DNA of 64,000 nt from Epithemia pelagica (lineage: Eukaryota; Protista; Bacillariophyta), in the NCBI GenBank assembly GCA_946965045.2, contig OX337240.1:992001-1056000 (forward strand), read 5' to 3'. Position numbers and translations under genes: made by a program. A model generated the notes under the pieces. The model searched no databases. It was given only the letters and a program-made list of their open reading frames with translations, and had not been told where the DNA came from. This document shows positions 47,744 through 59,215 of this stretch, one piece after another; positions within the stretch are counted from its first letter, which is position 1, and every line of letters begins with the position of its first letter.

Positions 47744-50635
47744 TTGTTCATCATGACTTTCTCTGGTTCCAATCCGTTCCTCGACGATATCTTTCCGAAA
47801 AAACCGTCGTCGGCCAAGAGATCTGATCCCCCTGCTCCTTTCTCGTCTGCTCCCGTGGCAGCCGTCGTCTCCCAACCTGACGATCCGAAAGGAGATCAGA
47901 AACCTTCCGCCTCCAACAAGAAGTCCTCTCTCAAGGCTCATGCTCCTAAAGAAGATGATGACATTTACTCTGTCGAGTCCGATTCCGAAGCCCAAGAGAA
48001 ACTTTTCGCGGAAGCCAAGACCATCTCTGCTTCTAGCGACAAGACCAAGAACCCCAAGGCTCCGCATTCTCTTGCTTTGAAACGCTTCGATTCTCTCATT
48101 GCTTCCAAAGAAGATCCGACTGGCAACGATGATGAACTTCTCCTCACGGAAGGAGAGATTGGTACTGACCCTGACGACGAAAACCCGCCCTTTCTTCTTC
48201 GTGCAGGCGCCTATCGTCATGAGTTCTATTTCACTCATGATTTCCACAAGCTCTCCGACAAGTCTCTCGAATACATCTTTTCAGAACTCGAGAAATCTGC
48301 TCCGATTGATTGGTGTGACTCCTTTTTCAAGCCCCTCCACGTCACTTTGACCCGTGATCCTTCCCTTTGGTCAGAAGTTCGATCCAGCTTCAATCGTCTC
48401 ACCTCCACGGACAATCTCCATGTTTGGTTGACCTCCAAGACGAAGAACCATCCTTTTGCTTTGTTGGGTTTGTCTCGCGGTGGTAACCCCTTTCTCTTTC
48501 ACAACCTTTGTTGCCCTGAGAATTGTGGTTCCTTTATTGATCCCCAGATCCCGTTTTATGGTCTCAATCGCATCCCGTTCGAGTCCATCCCGTTCCAACT
48601 TGACAACGATGATGTTCCCCTCCTCTTAAGCGATCACGTGTTCTCTCAAGTCCCCACTTTTGCGGAGATTCTCGATCATTGCGTCGTTGAAATTGATGAC
48701 TTCTCCCCGTCGTCATCTTTCCCTCACCTGACCTTCGATTCATCCAAGTTCAAAAGCTTCTCTGGTGTTGCTTCCAGCTCCTCTTCCTCCTCGAAGACCG
48801 ATCGTGACTTTGTCTGCTCGAGCTTATGCCTCATCCCACCTTGTTTCTCGGGATTGATGCTCCACAACACCGATGCCTCGACCCACAATGTCAACGTCTC
48901 GTTTGAGGACTTAGCCAGTGGATTGTACAAGGTTGCCCTCCACCATTGGTGGACGTCCTCCATGGACAGTACCGTAGAGGTCAAGAAGAAAGGTATGCCT
49001 CTTGACTACCCTCTCCTCATGATTCAAGAGCCGATCATTCGCTTCCTTTGGATCGTTCTTCACTGTCGAGACAGCCCCAAGTTGCAGATTGTTTTCCCAT
49101 CGATTCCCAAGGACCCTTCGAAAGCGAATTCCACGATTTCGATTCATCGCTCCCGAGTCTTTCCCAACCTTGCTCCTCAAGCCCGCACGACACCGTCATC
49201 CTCCAAGCGCCCATCTTTGCGTCGCTCCTCGTCCAATGTCCGCTTTCAATCGACATCTCCGGTTGATTGTTTGATGCCTCCTCAAGATGCCTCCCCATCG
49301 ACAGATCAGCTCTCTTCCCAAGGCAATGGCGTCCGAATGCTTGACGACGATGGCAATGTCCATTTTGTCTCTCCCGAGATGTTCTTACTCTCGAAATGCA
49401 TTAAGGAGCTGACATCCAAGAAAAGCGGCAACGAAGATGACATCACTGCCCCTGAATCAAAAAGCATGTTTCGCGACATGCCACTGAACGCCCAGAAGAC
49501 TTTGAGCCTTGGATCGATTACTTCATCTGCCATCTCTTTACCAGATGAATTGTCCCAGATCATCAAAATCGTCTGGAAATCGAAAAACTCCGCAACATTC
49601 TTTGAGTCTTTTCTCGCCGAAGTCTTCGACCCCTCAGACAATGCATGCACCATCCTTTTCGGACAATGCACCGTCATTCAACGCTTGGGTTTACGTTGGA
49701 AGTCCGAAGCTTGTCCAGGGGGTTTCAGTCCCTTCTCGTTCGATCCATACGCCATTCCAGGCTTGGATTCGAACAACACCCTGGACAAGAATATCCGACA
49801 ACAGATTCATGACGCTTCCTTGTTTCACTTAAACGTTATGAAACAATCCAAAGACATGCAGCAATTGTACTCTGACCACAACCTATTTTTCCCGAGAACA
49901 GCGGATGAGTTTGAAAAGCAGTTGCGTTCTTTCTGGGCATGCGCAAAAGGCCTTTGTGGCTCGTCTTCGATGATTGCGAACCAAGTTCTCAAGGTCTTGA
50001 ACTTTTACCACAAGTTTCGGACAAAGATTATGGCCAAGCAACAGAGCTCGGGTAACGACTTTTATTTCGGGCAATTTCTTTTTGCCATCGACGAAGCTGT
50101 TCAAGAGTTCGTTGCGACCCTATCGAGTGTTTCATCACTAGCAGACATTGGCTTCAACGATTTCGAAGAACGCGTGAATTGGATCTTATTCAATGTCAAG
50201 ACCGGTTCGACTCTCGTTTCCCTCCCTCCGGCACTACAAGCCAAATTCCAAGCCAACCAACTCAAGCACTCCCAAAAGAAACGTTCGGCAGGTTCTGATG
50301 ACGGTCCTTCCAATCCCAAGCGTCAACAGAATTCATCTTCGTCGAACTCTGACCCACCCAAGACCCCCATCACTTTTGACTCCCCATCCAATTGGCGACT
50401 TCCATCCGAATCCAATTACATGAGTGTGTTCCCACCAAGCGTTCTTTCCAACATCCCCTTCGTGACGAAAGATGGGGGGAAGAAGCAACATTTTTGCAAC
50501 ATCTTGTTCACCAAAGGAATCTGCAAGAAAGGCAAGAAATGTAAATTTCTTCATGATGATCCCAGCAAACACAACAAGAAAGAGGCCATGGACGAGTTCT
50601 ACCGATCCGCATATGCCAATGCGAATCGCAATTGA
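47744..50635 (+). CDS. ORF1 gag-like protein (963 aa) with C-terminal CCCH-type zinc finger
   Basis: First ORF after A1; FCNILFTKGICKKGKKCKFLH. Confidence 0.8.
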   Translation: MFIMTFSGSNPFLDDIFPKKPSSAKRSDPPAPFSSAPVAAVVSQPDDPKGDQKPSASNKKSSLKAHAPKEDDDIYSVESDSEAQEKLFAEAKTISASSDKTKNPKAPHSLALKRFDSLIASKEDPTGNDDELLLTEGEIGTDPDDENPPFLLRAGAYRHEFYFTHDFHKLSDKSLEYIFSELEKSAPIDWCDSFFKPLHVTLTRDPSLWSEVRSSFNRLTSTDNLHVWLTSKTKNHPFALLGLSRGGNPFLFHNLCCPENCGSFIDPQIPFYGLNRIPFESIPFQLDNDDVPLLLSDHVFSQVPTFAEILDHCVVEIDDFSPSSSFPHLTFDSSKFKSFSGVASSSSSSSKTDRDFVCSSLCLIPPCFSGLMLHNTDASTHNVNVSFEDLASGLYKVALHHWWTSSMDSTVEVKKKGMPLDYPLLMIQEPIIRFLWIVLHCRDSPKLQIVFPSIPKDPSKANSTISIHRSRVFPNLAPQARTTPSSSKRPSLRRSSSNVRFQSTSPVDCLMPPQDASPSTDQLSSQGNGVRMLDDDGNVHFVSPEMFLLSKCIKELTSKKSGNEDDITAPESKSMFRDMPLNAQKTLSLGSITSSAISLPDELSQIIKIVWKSKNSATFFESFLAEVFDPSDNACTILFGQCTVIQRLGLRWKSEACPGGFSPFSFDPYAIPGLDSNNTLDKNIRQQIHDASLFHLNVMKQSKDMQQLYSDHNLFFPRTADEFEKQLRSFWACAKGLCGSSSMIANQVLKVLNFYHKFRTKIMAKQQSSGNDFYFGQFLFAIDEAVQEFVATLSSVSSLADIGFNDFEERVNWILFNVKTGSTLVSLPPALQAKFQANQLKHSQKKRSAGSDDGPSNPKRQQNSSSSNSDPPKTPITFDSPSNWRLPSESNYMSVFPPSVLSNIPFVTKDGGKKQHFCNILFTKGICKKGKKCKFLHDDPSKHNKKEAMDEFYRSAYANANRN

Positions 50636-51219
50636 CGCCAGGACGGGTTGATTGTTTCTTCATCATCGAATTCATCTTCCTTTTTGCGAGACGACTCTCG
50701 ACCCACCGATAATAGTAAAATTATAGTCGCGGAGTCTTCTTCTTACTCCAAGCCTCTTTCACCTTCATCACCTTCCGCATCCAACATTGTTGCATCCTTC
50801 CTCCCTCCATTGGCGACACTGTCGTCTGACCAAAAACCCAAGATTCCAAGCACTGCGAACCCTTTTCTGGTTCATCATGTCACACAAGATTACTCAAGAT
50901 ACCCCGAGACTCGTCAACGAGAACTCTCCGATCTGATCTCGTCCGTTCAGAATCAATGTGTCATCACGTCTGATTCTGCTCCCAAGATCCGTTCGTCCGT
51001 TGACGCATCCCCCACCAATTCCACGATTGCCACCAATCGTTCCCAACCAACCTCGAAGGATCTCGCAAGAGACTCCTTTTCCGTTGGCACCCCAACAAGA
51101 CCCCAAGTCCCCCAAGTTCCCTTTCCGAAAATCTGCCCTCACAAATTGCGGAATCTCTCCCAGGGAGCTCCTCTGCAATCATCGGGTCTGATTTTTCCGG
51201 CAAGCCATTACAACGAAAT

Positions 51220-54174
51220 GTGAAAAGACTTGAACAAGCTCGAAAAGCGGATTTAAATTTACTAGGTGAGTCTAACATTGCTGATGACACAGAGTTTTGT
51301 TCCCCAAGTTCCGCTCTATGCTACCTTCCCAATGAGATTTCCAAGATTTTTCCCTCAAGACTGGCCCCTCCTCCACTCCAACCGATTAGCCACCCAATTC
51401 GTCTTTCCGTCATGCTTTTCATCGCCGATCACAAGCCATCAACCCCCAAGCCATCACCCTTTCGTCACTCCATCGACGATTCTGTTGTTTTGTCCAATGC
51501 AACCTTCAACTCACAGCTGATTGAACGGTTTGATTTTGACATGCAACGAGTGATCGACAGTCACCCCGACTCCGTCATCACACCCGGCTCGGAATTTCGC
51601 ACAGCCCAAATTCTCGAACCACTCCTAGCCGGCCACCCATACTGGTCACGGTTTCACCACAATATCACGCATGGTGTCTCCTATCCTCTCACAGCTGAGG
51701 AAGACGAGCCAGCCAGACGCGCTGAAAACGAGGCAATCCTCGAATACGGCAATCACGCCTCTGGTAAAAAGAATCCAGAAGCTCTCTCGAAAGTCCTCCG
51801 CAAAGACGCTTCGAAAGGTTTCTCCCTTCCAATCACCTTCGACTGTGCCAAACGTATCAAGCACAGCCGAATCAGTCCCATGGGCGTCGCTCACCAACTT
51901 GGCATCGATGCCAACGGCGACCTTGTTCCAAAAGACCGCTTGACACACGACCAGTCCTTTTCCCTCGGATTTTGCCCCTCGACCAACGACTTGATTGACC
52001 AAAGCAAATTGATTGACCTTGTGATGGGCCACTGTTTAGACCGTGTTCTCCACCAGATTGTTGCATTGCGTTGGAAATTTCCCACCGATCGTGTCCTCAT
52101 CAGCAAGTTTGATTGGTCATCTGCCTATCGTCGCGTCCATGGCGATGGCGATGTCGCAGCAAGGAATATTACCATTGACCCCTCCAATTCCTTTGCTCAC
52201 CTCAATCTCCGGTTGACCTTTGGAGCATCCGCCAACCCGGCCGAATTTTCCATCGTCTCGGAAATTGGAACCGACTTCTGCAACGACCTGGCCAATTTCG
52301 ATGAATGGCAGCCAGAACATTGCCAGTCGCCACTCCAAGAAGGAATTGGAGGACCCAAGTATTTACCAGAAGAAGTTCCAATCGTCGTAGCATGTGAATT
52401 GGCAGTCTCTGTCCCACCACGTCCCCATGGTTTTCACTATTCATATCTGGATGATATGATCCAAGTCTTCCTTGCAACCAACCCTCACCTTGGCCGATGC
52501 CCGAGCATCGTTCCTCTCGTCGTCCATCTCATGACAAGACCAGTTGCCAAGGATGAGCCAATTACACGCAAAGACATGCTGGAAGCCGACAAACTTGAAG
52601 CCGAAGGTGCACCCGCTGAAGAACAACGAGTTCTCGGGTGGATTGTTGACACAAGACGACTCCTCCTTCGTCTCCCACAAGATAAACTGATTGGTTGGAC
52701 CCGAGAAGTACAACATCTTCTCAAGACCCGTCGAACCACCTTCCACAACCTCCGCAGTTTGATTGGAAAATTACTACATGCCACCAAAGGCATACCCCAC
52801 GCATCCTTTTGGTTATCTCGCCTTCGCGAGTACCAAACCTTCATTGAACGGGCGTTCCGACAAAAACAGAAAGCAAAACCACCAGAGACAAACAAGAATC
52901 CGAAACGTCCTCGACCCAACCGAGACGTCCCTCCAGCATTCTATCGGTACTCCATTCCAGACTCCATCGCCAAGGATCTTGAAATGTGGCCGTCTCTCCT
53001 CCAACATGCCCACAACGGCATCTCCCTCAATCGACTGGTTTGTCGCGTTCCCACCCATCTCTTCCATGCCGACTCCTGCCCCGAAGGGATGGGCGGTTAC
53101 TCGGTGCGATCCGGCAGAGCATGGCGATTCCGAATCGACCAAGCAAGACTCCAAGCTCTTGCCCAACTCGACCCATCATCCACCAACACACCCACCAACA
53201 ATCTTTTTGAATACATTGCAATTGTTGTGTCAATGTGGGTTGATTGTTGGTTCGATGGAATCGAAGAAAACTCGGCCGTACTGAGTCTCTCCGACAACTC
53301 GTCCGCCGTCGGCTGGATGTACAAATCATCCTTTGGATCTGACAAGCCGTTGCATGTCCAAGTTTCAAAAAAGTTGACGGAACTGATCCTCCTCCACAAG
53401 TTCTCCCTTCAAGCAGAGCATATTCCAGGGAGCAAGAACGATGTGTCAGATATTTTGTCACGACACTGGCATCTTAACGATAACGAACTTACCCTTTTTC
53501 TTCATGAAAATTTTATGTCGCAGATTCCCGAGAATTTTCACATCAATCCCTTGCCCAACGAAATACTATGTTGGATCTCCTCGATCGTGCCAGCGTGTCC
53601 CGAATCTTCTTCGGCAAGACCGAAGGAGCACACCAAAAGCGCGACCAATGTTGGCAACGATGGACAGAACATCTCGACAGGATTGGATTCGGTCACGACC
53701 CACTCCTCGAGTCCGTCAGAGCAACCAACCACAGAGCCAGCATCGCATGTTCCTTCTTACAAGCCCTCCGTGATGCCGAATACACCAAGAATCGCGACCG
53801 CTCGCAACCTCTTCGAGCAAGCACTCTTAGCCAAGCCATTGGAGACTTGGCATCGTGCTTCCGGCATCATGACCGGCCAAGCCCCTGCCACTGTCAAGAC
53901 AGCCATCACGTCCACCCCCTCGTCGCTTCCCTCAAACGCGCGTGGTCAAATCTGGATCCCCCCGAGAAACGAGAAAAAGCCGTTACTGCCAAACATCTCC
54001 GCTTTCTCTGGCTCCACAGTTGTCGGAACACCCGACTCACCAACCCACCACGAGTCTACGACTTCTCCACATTCAAGGCCGTCGTCGCCGACCTTGCCGG
54101 CTGTGGGTTCTTCTTTGGATGCCGAAGCTGTGAACTCACGACCGTACCCCACCGAGGCAAGACCAAGCTCCTAA
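51220..54174 (+). CDS. ORF2 reverse transcriptase-RNase H (DIRS/Ngaro type); true start uncertain
   Basis: KFDWSSAYRR, LTFGASANP, YLDD, LGWIVDT; RH ADSC, LFEYIA, SDNSSAV, HIPGSKNDVSDILSR. The frame is open upstream of the GTG. Confidence 0.9.
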   Translation: MKRLEQARKADLNLLGESNIADDTEFCSPSSALCYLPNEISKIFPSRLAPPPLQPISHPIRLSVMLFIADHKPSTPKPSPFRHSIDDSVVLSNATFNSQLIERFDFDMQRVIDSHPDSVITPGSEFRTAQILEPLLAGHPYWSRFHHNITHGVSYPLTAEEDEPARRAENEAILEYGNHASGKKNPEALSKVLRKDASKGFSLPITFDCAKRIKHSRISPMGVAHQLGIDANGDLVPKDRLTHDQSFSLGFCPSTNDLIDQSKLIDLVMGHCLDRVLHQIVALRWKFPTDRVLISKFDWSSAYRRVHGDGDVAARNITIDPSNSFAHLNLRLTFGASANPAEFSIVSEIGTDFCNDLANFDEWQPEHCQSPLQEGIGGPKYLPEEVPIVVACELAVSVPPRPHGFHYSYLDDMIQVFLATNPHLGRCPSIVPLVVHLMTRPVAKDEPITRKDMLEADKLEAEGAPAEEQRVLGWIVDTRRLLLRLPQDKLIGWTREVQHLLKTRRTTFHNLRSLIGKLLHATKGIPHASFWLSRLREYQTFIERAFRQKQKAKPPETNKNPKRPRPNRDVPPAFYRYSIPDSIAKDLEMWPSLLQHAHNGISLNRLVCRVPTHLFHADSCPEGMGGYSVRSGRAWRFRIDQARLQALAQLDPSSTNTPTNNLFEYIAIVVSMWVDCWFDGIEENSAVLSLSDNSSAVGWMYKSSFGSDKPLHVQVSKKLTELILLHKFSLQAEHIPGSKNDVSDILSRHWHLNDNELTLFLHENFMSQIPENFHINPLPNEILCWISSIVPACPESSSARPKEHTKSATNVGNDGQNISTGLDSVTTHSSSPSEQPTTEPASHVPSYKPSVMPNTPRIATARNLFEQALLAKPLETWHRASGIMTGQAPATVKTAITSTPSSLPSNARGQIWIPPRNEKKPLLPNISAFSGSTVVGTPDSPTHHESTTSPHSRPSSPTLPAVGSSLDAEAVNSRPYPTEARPSS

Positions 54175-54935
54175 CCATCGGCGACGTCGTCTTTTACACA
54201 GCAAAGAAACACGAAACAATCGCTGCAAATCATCCACCAGCCTTCTACCACCTCGCGAAATACGTATCAATAACGTTCCGCGACCAAAAGAACAACCACA
54301 AAGCTGAAACTCGTACCCAGAGCAGAACGAATGACCCAATCCTCGACCCTGTCCTCCTCTGGGGCCGCGTCATTCGTCGGATCCTCCACTACCGTCCGAA
54401 AGCTCCCCCATCCACGACAGTAAATTGTTGGTTTGACCCATCCAACCCATCCCTTCCCCCACGCTTTGTCCGACAAGAAGACACTCGCAACCTGCTACAA
54501 GAAACCTGTGTATTGGGCGGCGGATTCAACGCCTTTGGTTACCACCCAATGGATATCGGCACGCACTCTCTCAGATCAGGAGCCGCCATGGCCCTGTTCC
54601 TGGCTGATTGTTCCGTCGTAAAGATAATGATCCTTGGAAGATGGAGTTCGACCGCCTTCATGAAATATATCCGACCACAGGTTCTTGAATGGACCACGGG
54701 CATGGCCCAATTAATGCTCAACACCACCGACTTTCGGCATGTTGACAACTCAACAACAGCTTCCCGCATCGCCTCCTTGGAACAACTGCGGAACCGACTC
54801 GACAACCTCGTTGATCCGGCCCTTCAAACGAACAGCGAGACTGCTCTCGAATCACCGGATGAAAACCTCTTTAACACCTTCAATGGCCAAGATCCCCAAC
54901 ATCACTTCCCCACCACTCTCCATCTCGGCTTCTAG
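53568..54935 (+). CDS. ORF3 tyrosine recombinase, overlapping ORF2 by about 600 nt
   Basis: GCRSCE (R), QKN (K), HSLRSG (HxxR), GRWSS (W) and MKYIR (Y). Confidence 0.92.
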   Translation: MLDLLDRASVSRIFFGKTEGAHQKRDQCWQRWTEHLDRIGFGHDPLLESVRATNHRASIACSFLQALRDAEYTKNRDRSQPLRASTLSQAIGDLASCFRHHDRPSPCHCQDSHHVHPLVASLKRAWSNLDPPEKREKAVTAKHLRFLWLHSCRNTRLTNPPRVYDFSTFKAVVADLAGCGFFFGCRSCELTTVPHRGKTKLLTIGDVVFYTAKKHETIAANHPPAFYHLAKYVSITFRDQKNNHKAETRTQSRTNDPILDPVLLWGRVIRRILHYRPKAPPSTTVNCWFDPSNPSLPPRFVRQEDTRNLLQETCVLGGGFNAFGYHPMDIGTHSLRSGAAMALFLADCSVVKIMILGRWSSTAFMKYIRPQVLEWTTGMAQLMLNTTDFRHVDNSTTASRIASLEQLRNRLDNLVDPALQTNSETALESPDENLFNTFNGQDPQHHFPTTLHLGF

Positions 54936-57688
54936 CCCAGCTGGACATCGTTGGATTGTAATATCGGGTTTGATGGTAGTGGAGCCATTTTTTGGTTTCA
55001 GAGGCCTTCGGCAAAACTATGTGTCTATCGTTTAGATTTAAAATCTTGTTTACAAATCTCAACGGACCAAGTTTTCGGTGACAGAACCGACTGCGATCTC
55101 TCGGACAGACCGAAACGGCACGTGCCAAGGATGTTTGTCGTAGTGTCTCTTCGGTGTCTGTACTGGGTGGAGTGACGTGGCCGATGCTGGCCAGACTCCG
55201 CGACCGACAACAGAGGTGCGACTGCTCCGCCTCCTCGACGCGAGGCGAGCATCCGATTTGATTCCCACAATCGGAAGTTTTAGGATGACCCTGATGCAGA
55301 GTCGTTGGAGCGTGAGAAGAGCTCACTCTTCTTGGGTTCAGCATCTTTGCAACGACTACGAGACGAGTTCGAGATCGCAACGATTCTAGTTAGCTAATCT
55401 TAAAATTTCCCCTTCCCCGCCCTGGAGCCATTTTTTGGTTTCAGAGGCCTTCGGCAAAACTACGTGTCTATCGTTTAGATTTAGAATCTTGTTTACAAAT
55501 CTCAACGGACCAAGTTTTCGGTGACAGAACCGACTGCGATCTCTCGGACAGACCGAAACGGCACGTGCCAAGGATGTTTGTCGTAGTGTCTCTTCGACGT
55601 GCACCATCACAATGCATTCTCCATCATCTGCACACCATGGACATTTGATATATAGACCATAGGTAGTGGTTTACTCTGCCCCCATCCTTTCTTTGTTTTT
55701 CTAGGAGAAATGTGGTTGTTTCTAGTGTTTGTGTCCGTTTAAAAGTGAACCCTCTTCCACAACACAGTGCTGTTGCCGTAGGCTTGTCTCTTTGACCTAC
55801 TACAGTCCTATTTTAGAATAGGTCTCTTTCTACTTCGTTATGGAGCATGTAGAGTGTAGAGTCCCCTGCACTGCTGGGGAAGACAAGTCATGCTCATGGC
55901 AATACAAAAAGAACAAAAGGAGCAGGTCGACATCACAATCCACTAAAGACCCAAACTGAGCGACAGAGGAAAAATGGATGGCTTCCTCCACTTATCCTAT
56001 CTACTCCTAATTGAGGTCTATAGCTTTATTGTGTCCTATGAATCCTACAAATGATGCCAGCAGCCCCCAATGGCATCGACCAAAATGGATGTTACATGGC
56101 ACGAACAAATGACACACTTTGGCAACGTAGTGAGAGCCTAAAACTAAACATTGTCCATTCCAATGCAAGTATTAGTCATTCCAGAACTTACCATGCTGCA
56201 TGTGCAGTGACAAAGATGAGATGAGATGCCCAGGGACGAAGCATGAGGCCGTTTTTGGTGTTGGTTTGGTCATTGCCTCGTTTTGTTGCCTGCATCGATT
56301 TTGTGGCCTCTGGCCCATCGAACATAATTTTGAGTCTTGTTGAGCAGAACGCCTGCCATCTTCCAACTGTCACAGAACGCCAGCCTTTCCTGACGGATGT
56401 AAAATTTTTCTTTGGCTGAGTTTGAGTTTTTGGTGAGTGGGACAGACCATGGAAGAGTTGTCGGACGGACGGCTAAGAAGCGGACACCTAGTCGGAGCGA
56501 GATTTTCCTATGATCTTTGTACTAGAGACTCCTCTAGAGGGTCTACTCATCGTGCTAGCTAGGCTGAAAGCGAAACCTAAGGACTTAGGAGTAGGATTCA
56601 TCTGTCGTTATGTGTCTAGATTTTTTATGCCTGCCTCCTGCCTTTCTTTACTCGTATGTCATAAATCTATCAGGATCAGGACGACTGGGACTGAAGAGCG
56701 TGTGTTGTATTCGTAGTTCGTACAGACTACAGACTACAGACTACAGACTACTGCTACACCTAGCCCAACAGATGATGGAGGATGGAGTAGAAAGTAGAAC
56801 AGTATAACTGGTAACTAATCACATTTTTGATAATTGATAATACTCCAAAGTGTCAGGGTTTTGTGTGTACGTCAGCCCTCAACCCTCAACCTCCATTTCC
56901 CATTATTTATTTCTTCCCATTTCCATGTACTTTGTACTTATCAGGTCTGGAAATTGCGACCCAAGACAACCAGTGAGCAGTGAGAAGTGAGAACTAGAGG
57001 TGGCTCCAGCAACAGCTCATCTCTGCTGGAGCTAGGTAAGCGCTGGAGACGTCTCTGCTGGAGCTAGGTAAGCGCTCCAGCTGGAGAAAAGACTACCTGT
57101 GCTACCATGATGAAAATACCTAGCTAGAAGCTAGTGAATCTTGAATCCTCCCATGATGGAGGTTAGCTCCACGTTTTGCCGTCCTCACCTTTGATGACAT
57201 AGCATTCAAGATAATAGTGCCCTTTCCTCACCTTTCCCTTCTCGCTCGCTTTTTCACCTGTTGCAGAATCTTGACTTCCTCTTCTTCGTTTTCATCGTCC
57301 TTGTTTGACAAAGATGGCGCTGCTCGGGCCCCGGCTCGTGCGCGTCGTCATCGTCGTTCGTCATCACCGTTAACAGGGGGTCGTACGCCATTATTGATGC
57401 GTTAAGCGCGGGTGGTAGGTCGTTGGTTACCTCCATGTTTCATTTATCAACCATTTTTTAGTGTTTCTCATGGTATCTGATCGCTATTAGAAGCTTGGCG
57501 AAGGTAAATAGAAGTTTCTACTCCTATGAGTTTCATTAATTCGTCACCGATTCGTCAACGCCAAATGGGGAGACGTGACATGTGGGTACTTGGTCACGTC
57601 AGATGACGCGCGTCAATCGTGACGCCATCAAAGTAGCAACCTTGATCAGAGATCAGAATCATAAAAAACAAGAAGTGGTGCTTCATAA

Positions 57689-58823
57689 GGCTATCTCCAC
57701 CCGGGGCCGCTAAAGGCCCAAAAACCGCTATTGAACTCCACGACGTCCGCTAACCGCTAAACGGCTCCGCTATCCGCTATTTTCGCCGCTATTCGGGGCC
57801 CCAAATAGCGGCAAAAATGGGTGCTTACTGAAATGTTTTTATCATAAACATAACATAAAACATAAACACAACGCAAATTTTTGTAAGGCTCATAACCCGC
57901 TCATAACCTATTGGTTGTGTTTGAGTTTATGATTCGTTGCTTGGTTATGAGGCATGAATTCATGCCTCATAACCGTTGTGTTCAAACATAACACAAAACA
58001 CATCTGAAAAATTCTCAACGCATGCCCAACACCGGGCATGCGTATGAAAATGGACACGAGCTCCCCACCAGATTCATGGGACTCTTGTTGGAACTTTGCC
58101 GAGATGATACACTGGTACACTGGGTACTGGGTATGTCACTGAACTTCCGCTCAATGCTTGATGAGGAAGAAGGAAGAAGGAAGAAGAATCATCAAGCGTG
58201 ATGATGGTAGTCCATCGCACTCGCACCTCTTTTTTGATGCCAAAGACCGAAGAACAAAAAAGCAAGGCAAAAGCATAGAGATGCGTCGGATTGAGGTGGG
58301 GGGAAACTTCGGAGAATTTTTGTGTTACAGCATTACGATAGGTTATGTTTTATGTTACGATAGGTTATGTTTTATGTTTCAAAGAGTTTCAGTGGCATAA
58401 GTAGTCATAAACATAAACATAACATAACGAGGCAAAAACTTTGTGTTTATGTTTTATGTTATGTTTATGCTAAAAACATTTCAGTAAACACCCAATAGCG
58501 GATAGCGGAGCAATCGCTAACCGTCGGCATTAATGAAATAACGCATGATGCCAACAGTGTGTTTTTGAATTTTGAATCTCTCGCGTGACGACGTTGTTTG
58601 ATTCCGCAACTTCCGCGCCCGCCACCCCTTTTTAACCGAATCAACAGAGGGCATGTGCGTAATGCGTACGCCCTACGCGCGGTATATCGAGATAGCGGCA
58701 CTATTATAGCGGAGATCGTGTGGAGTTTATTTTCCCTTGGCTCCGCTAAGCCGCTATCCGGATAGCGAGGCCAATCAGAAAGCCCCGACACGTCAGCATA
58801 GCGGCGCTCGGGTGGAGATAGCC
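57689..58823. mobile_element. Non-autonomous PIF/Harbinger (Tourist-like) element, 1135 bp
   Basis: Perfect 15-bp TIR GGCTATCTCCACCCG; TAA on both sides (57686-57688, 58824-58826); internal IR at about 57820-57872 and 58440-58495; many CCGCTA motifs; no transposase. Confidence 0.9.
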
Positions 58824-59215
58824 TAAATTCATCGTCCGTTTTTAGTAGGAGTACACTGCAACCAAGAATACGGACTGAATGAGTGTTTAGTCGAGTCGCG
58901 AGTCGAAACCTCCAACCTCTAACCCTACCCTAACTTAGTCCTGAATTAGGTCATGGTAAACGGGACTGAAGCAAGGTTCTCTTTCTACTATCAGGACTCG
59001 TACTCATGGAGGCCATAAACTATTGCTCCTACTTCATTATTGATGTCGTCCTGAACTAATCCGATGCATGCATGTTTTTCCAAAGACCAATTCAACGAAA
59101 TCAAAGAGTGTTGAATGATATTGAAGGAACCAGCCAAACAACCCACAAGATGTATCAAAGGCACGATTATTGATAGTTGTACCTATTTAGCTGTCATGGA
59201 CGTTTCCTTGGTTAG

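Larger units (their letters stand above)
47485..55596 (+). mobile_element. Tyrosine-recombinase retrotransposon with split direct repeats (Ngaro/PAT-type), 8.1 kb
   Basis: A1 47485-47732, three ORFs, B1 54980-55153, A2 55154-55401, B2 55423-55596. A1/A2 have 1 mismatch and B1/B2 have 2. No TSD. Confidence 0.93.

Noticed and set aside
50648-51223. 191-aa ORF between Ngaro ORF1 and ORF2
   Set aside because: S/P-rich with a TTG start and no motif; not supportable as a separate gene.
56721-57076. (TACAGAC)x4 and a 25-bp direct repeat (57020, 57052) as a CRISPR-like array
   Set aside because: Only two copies with an 7-bp spacer, eukaryotic context and no cas genes; ordinary slippage repeats.
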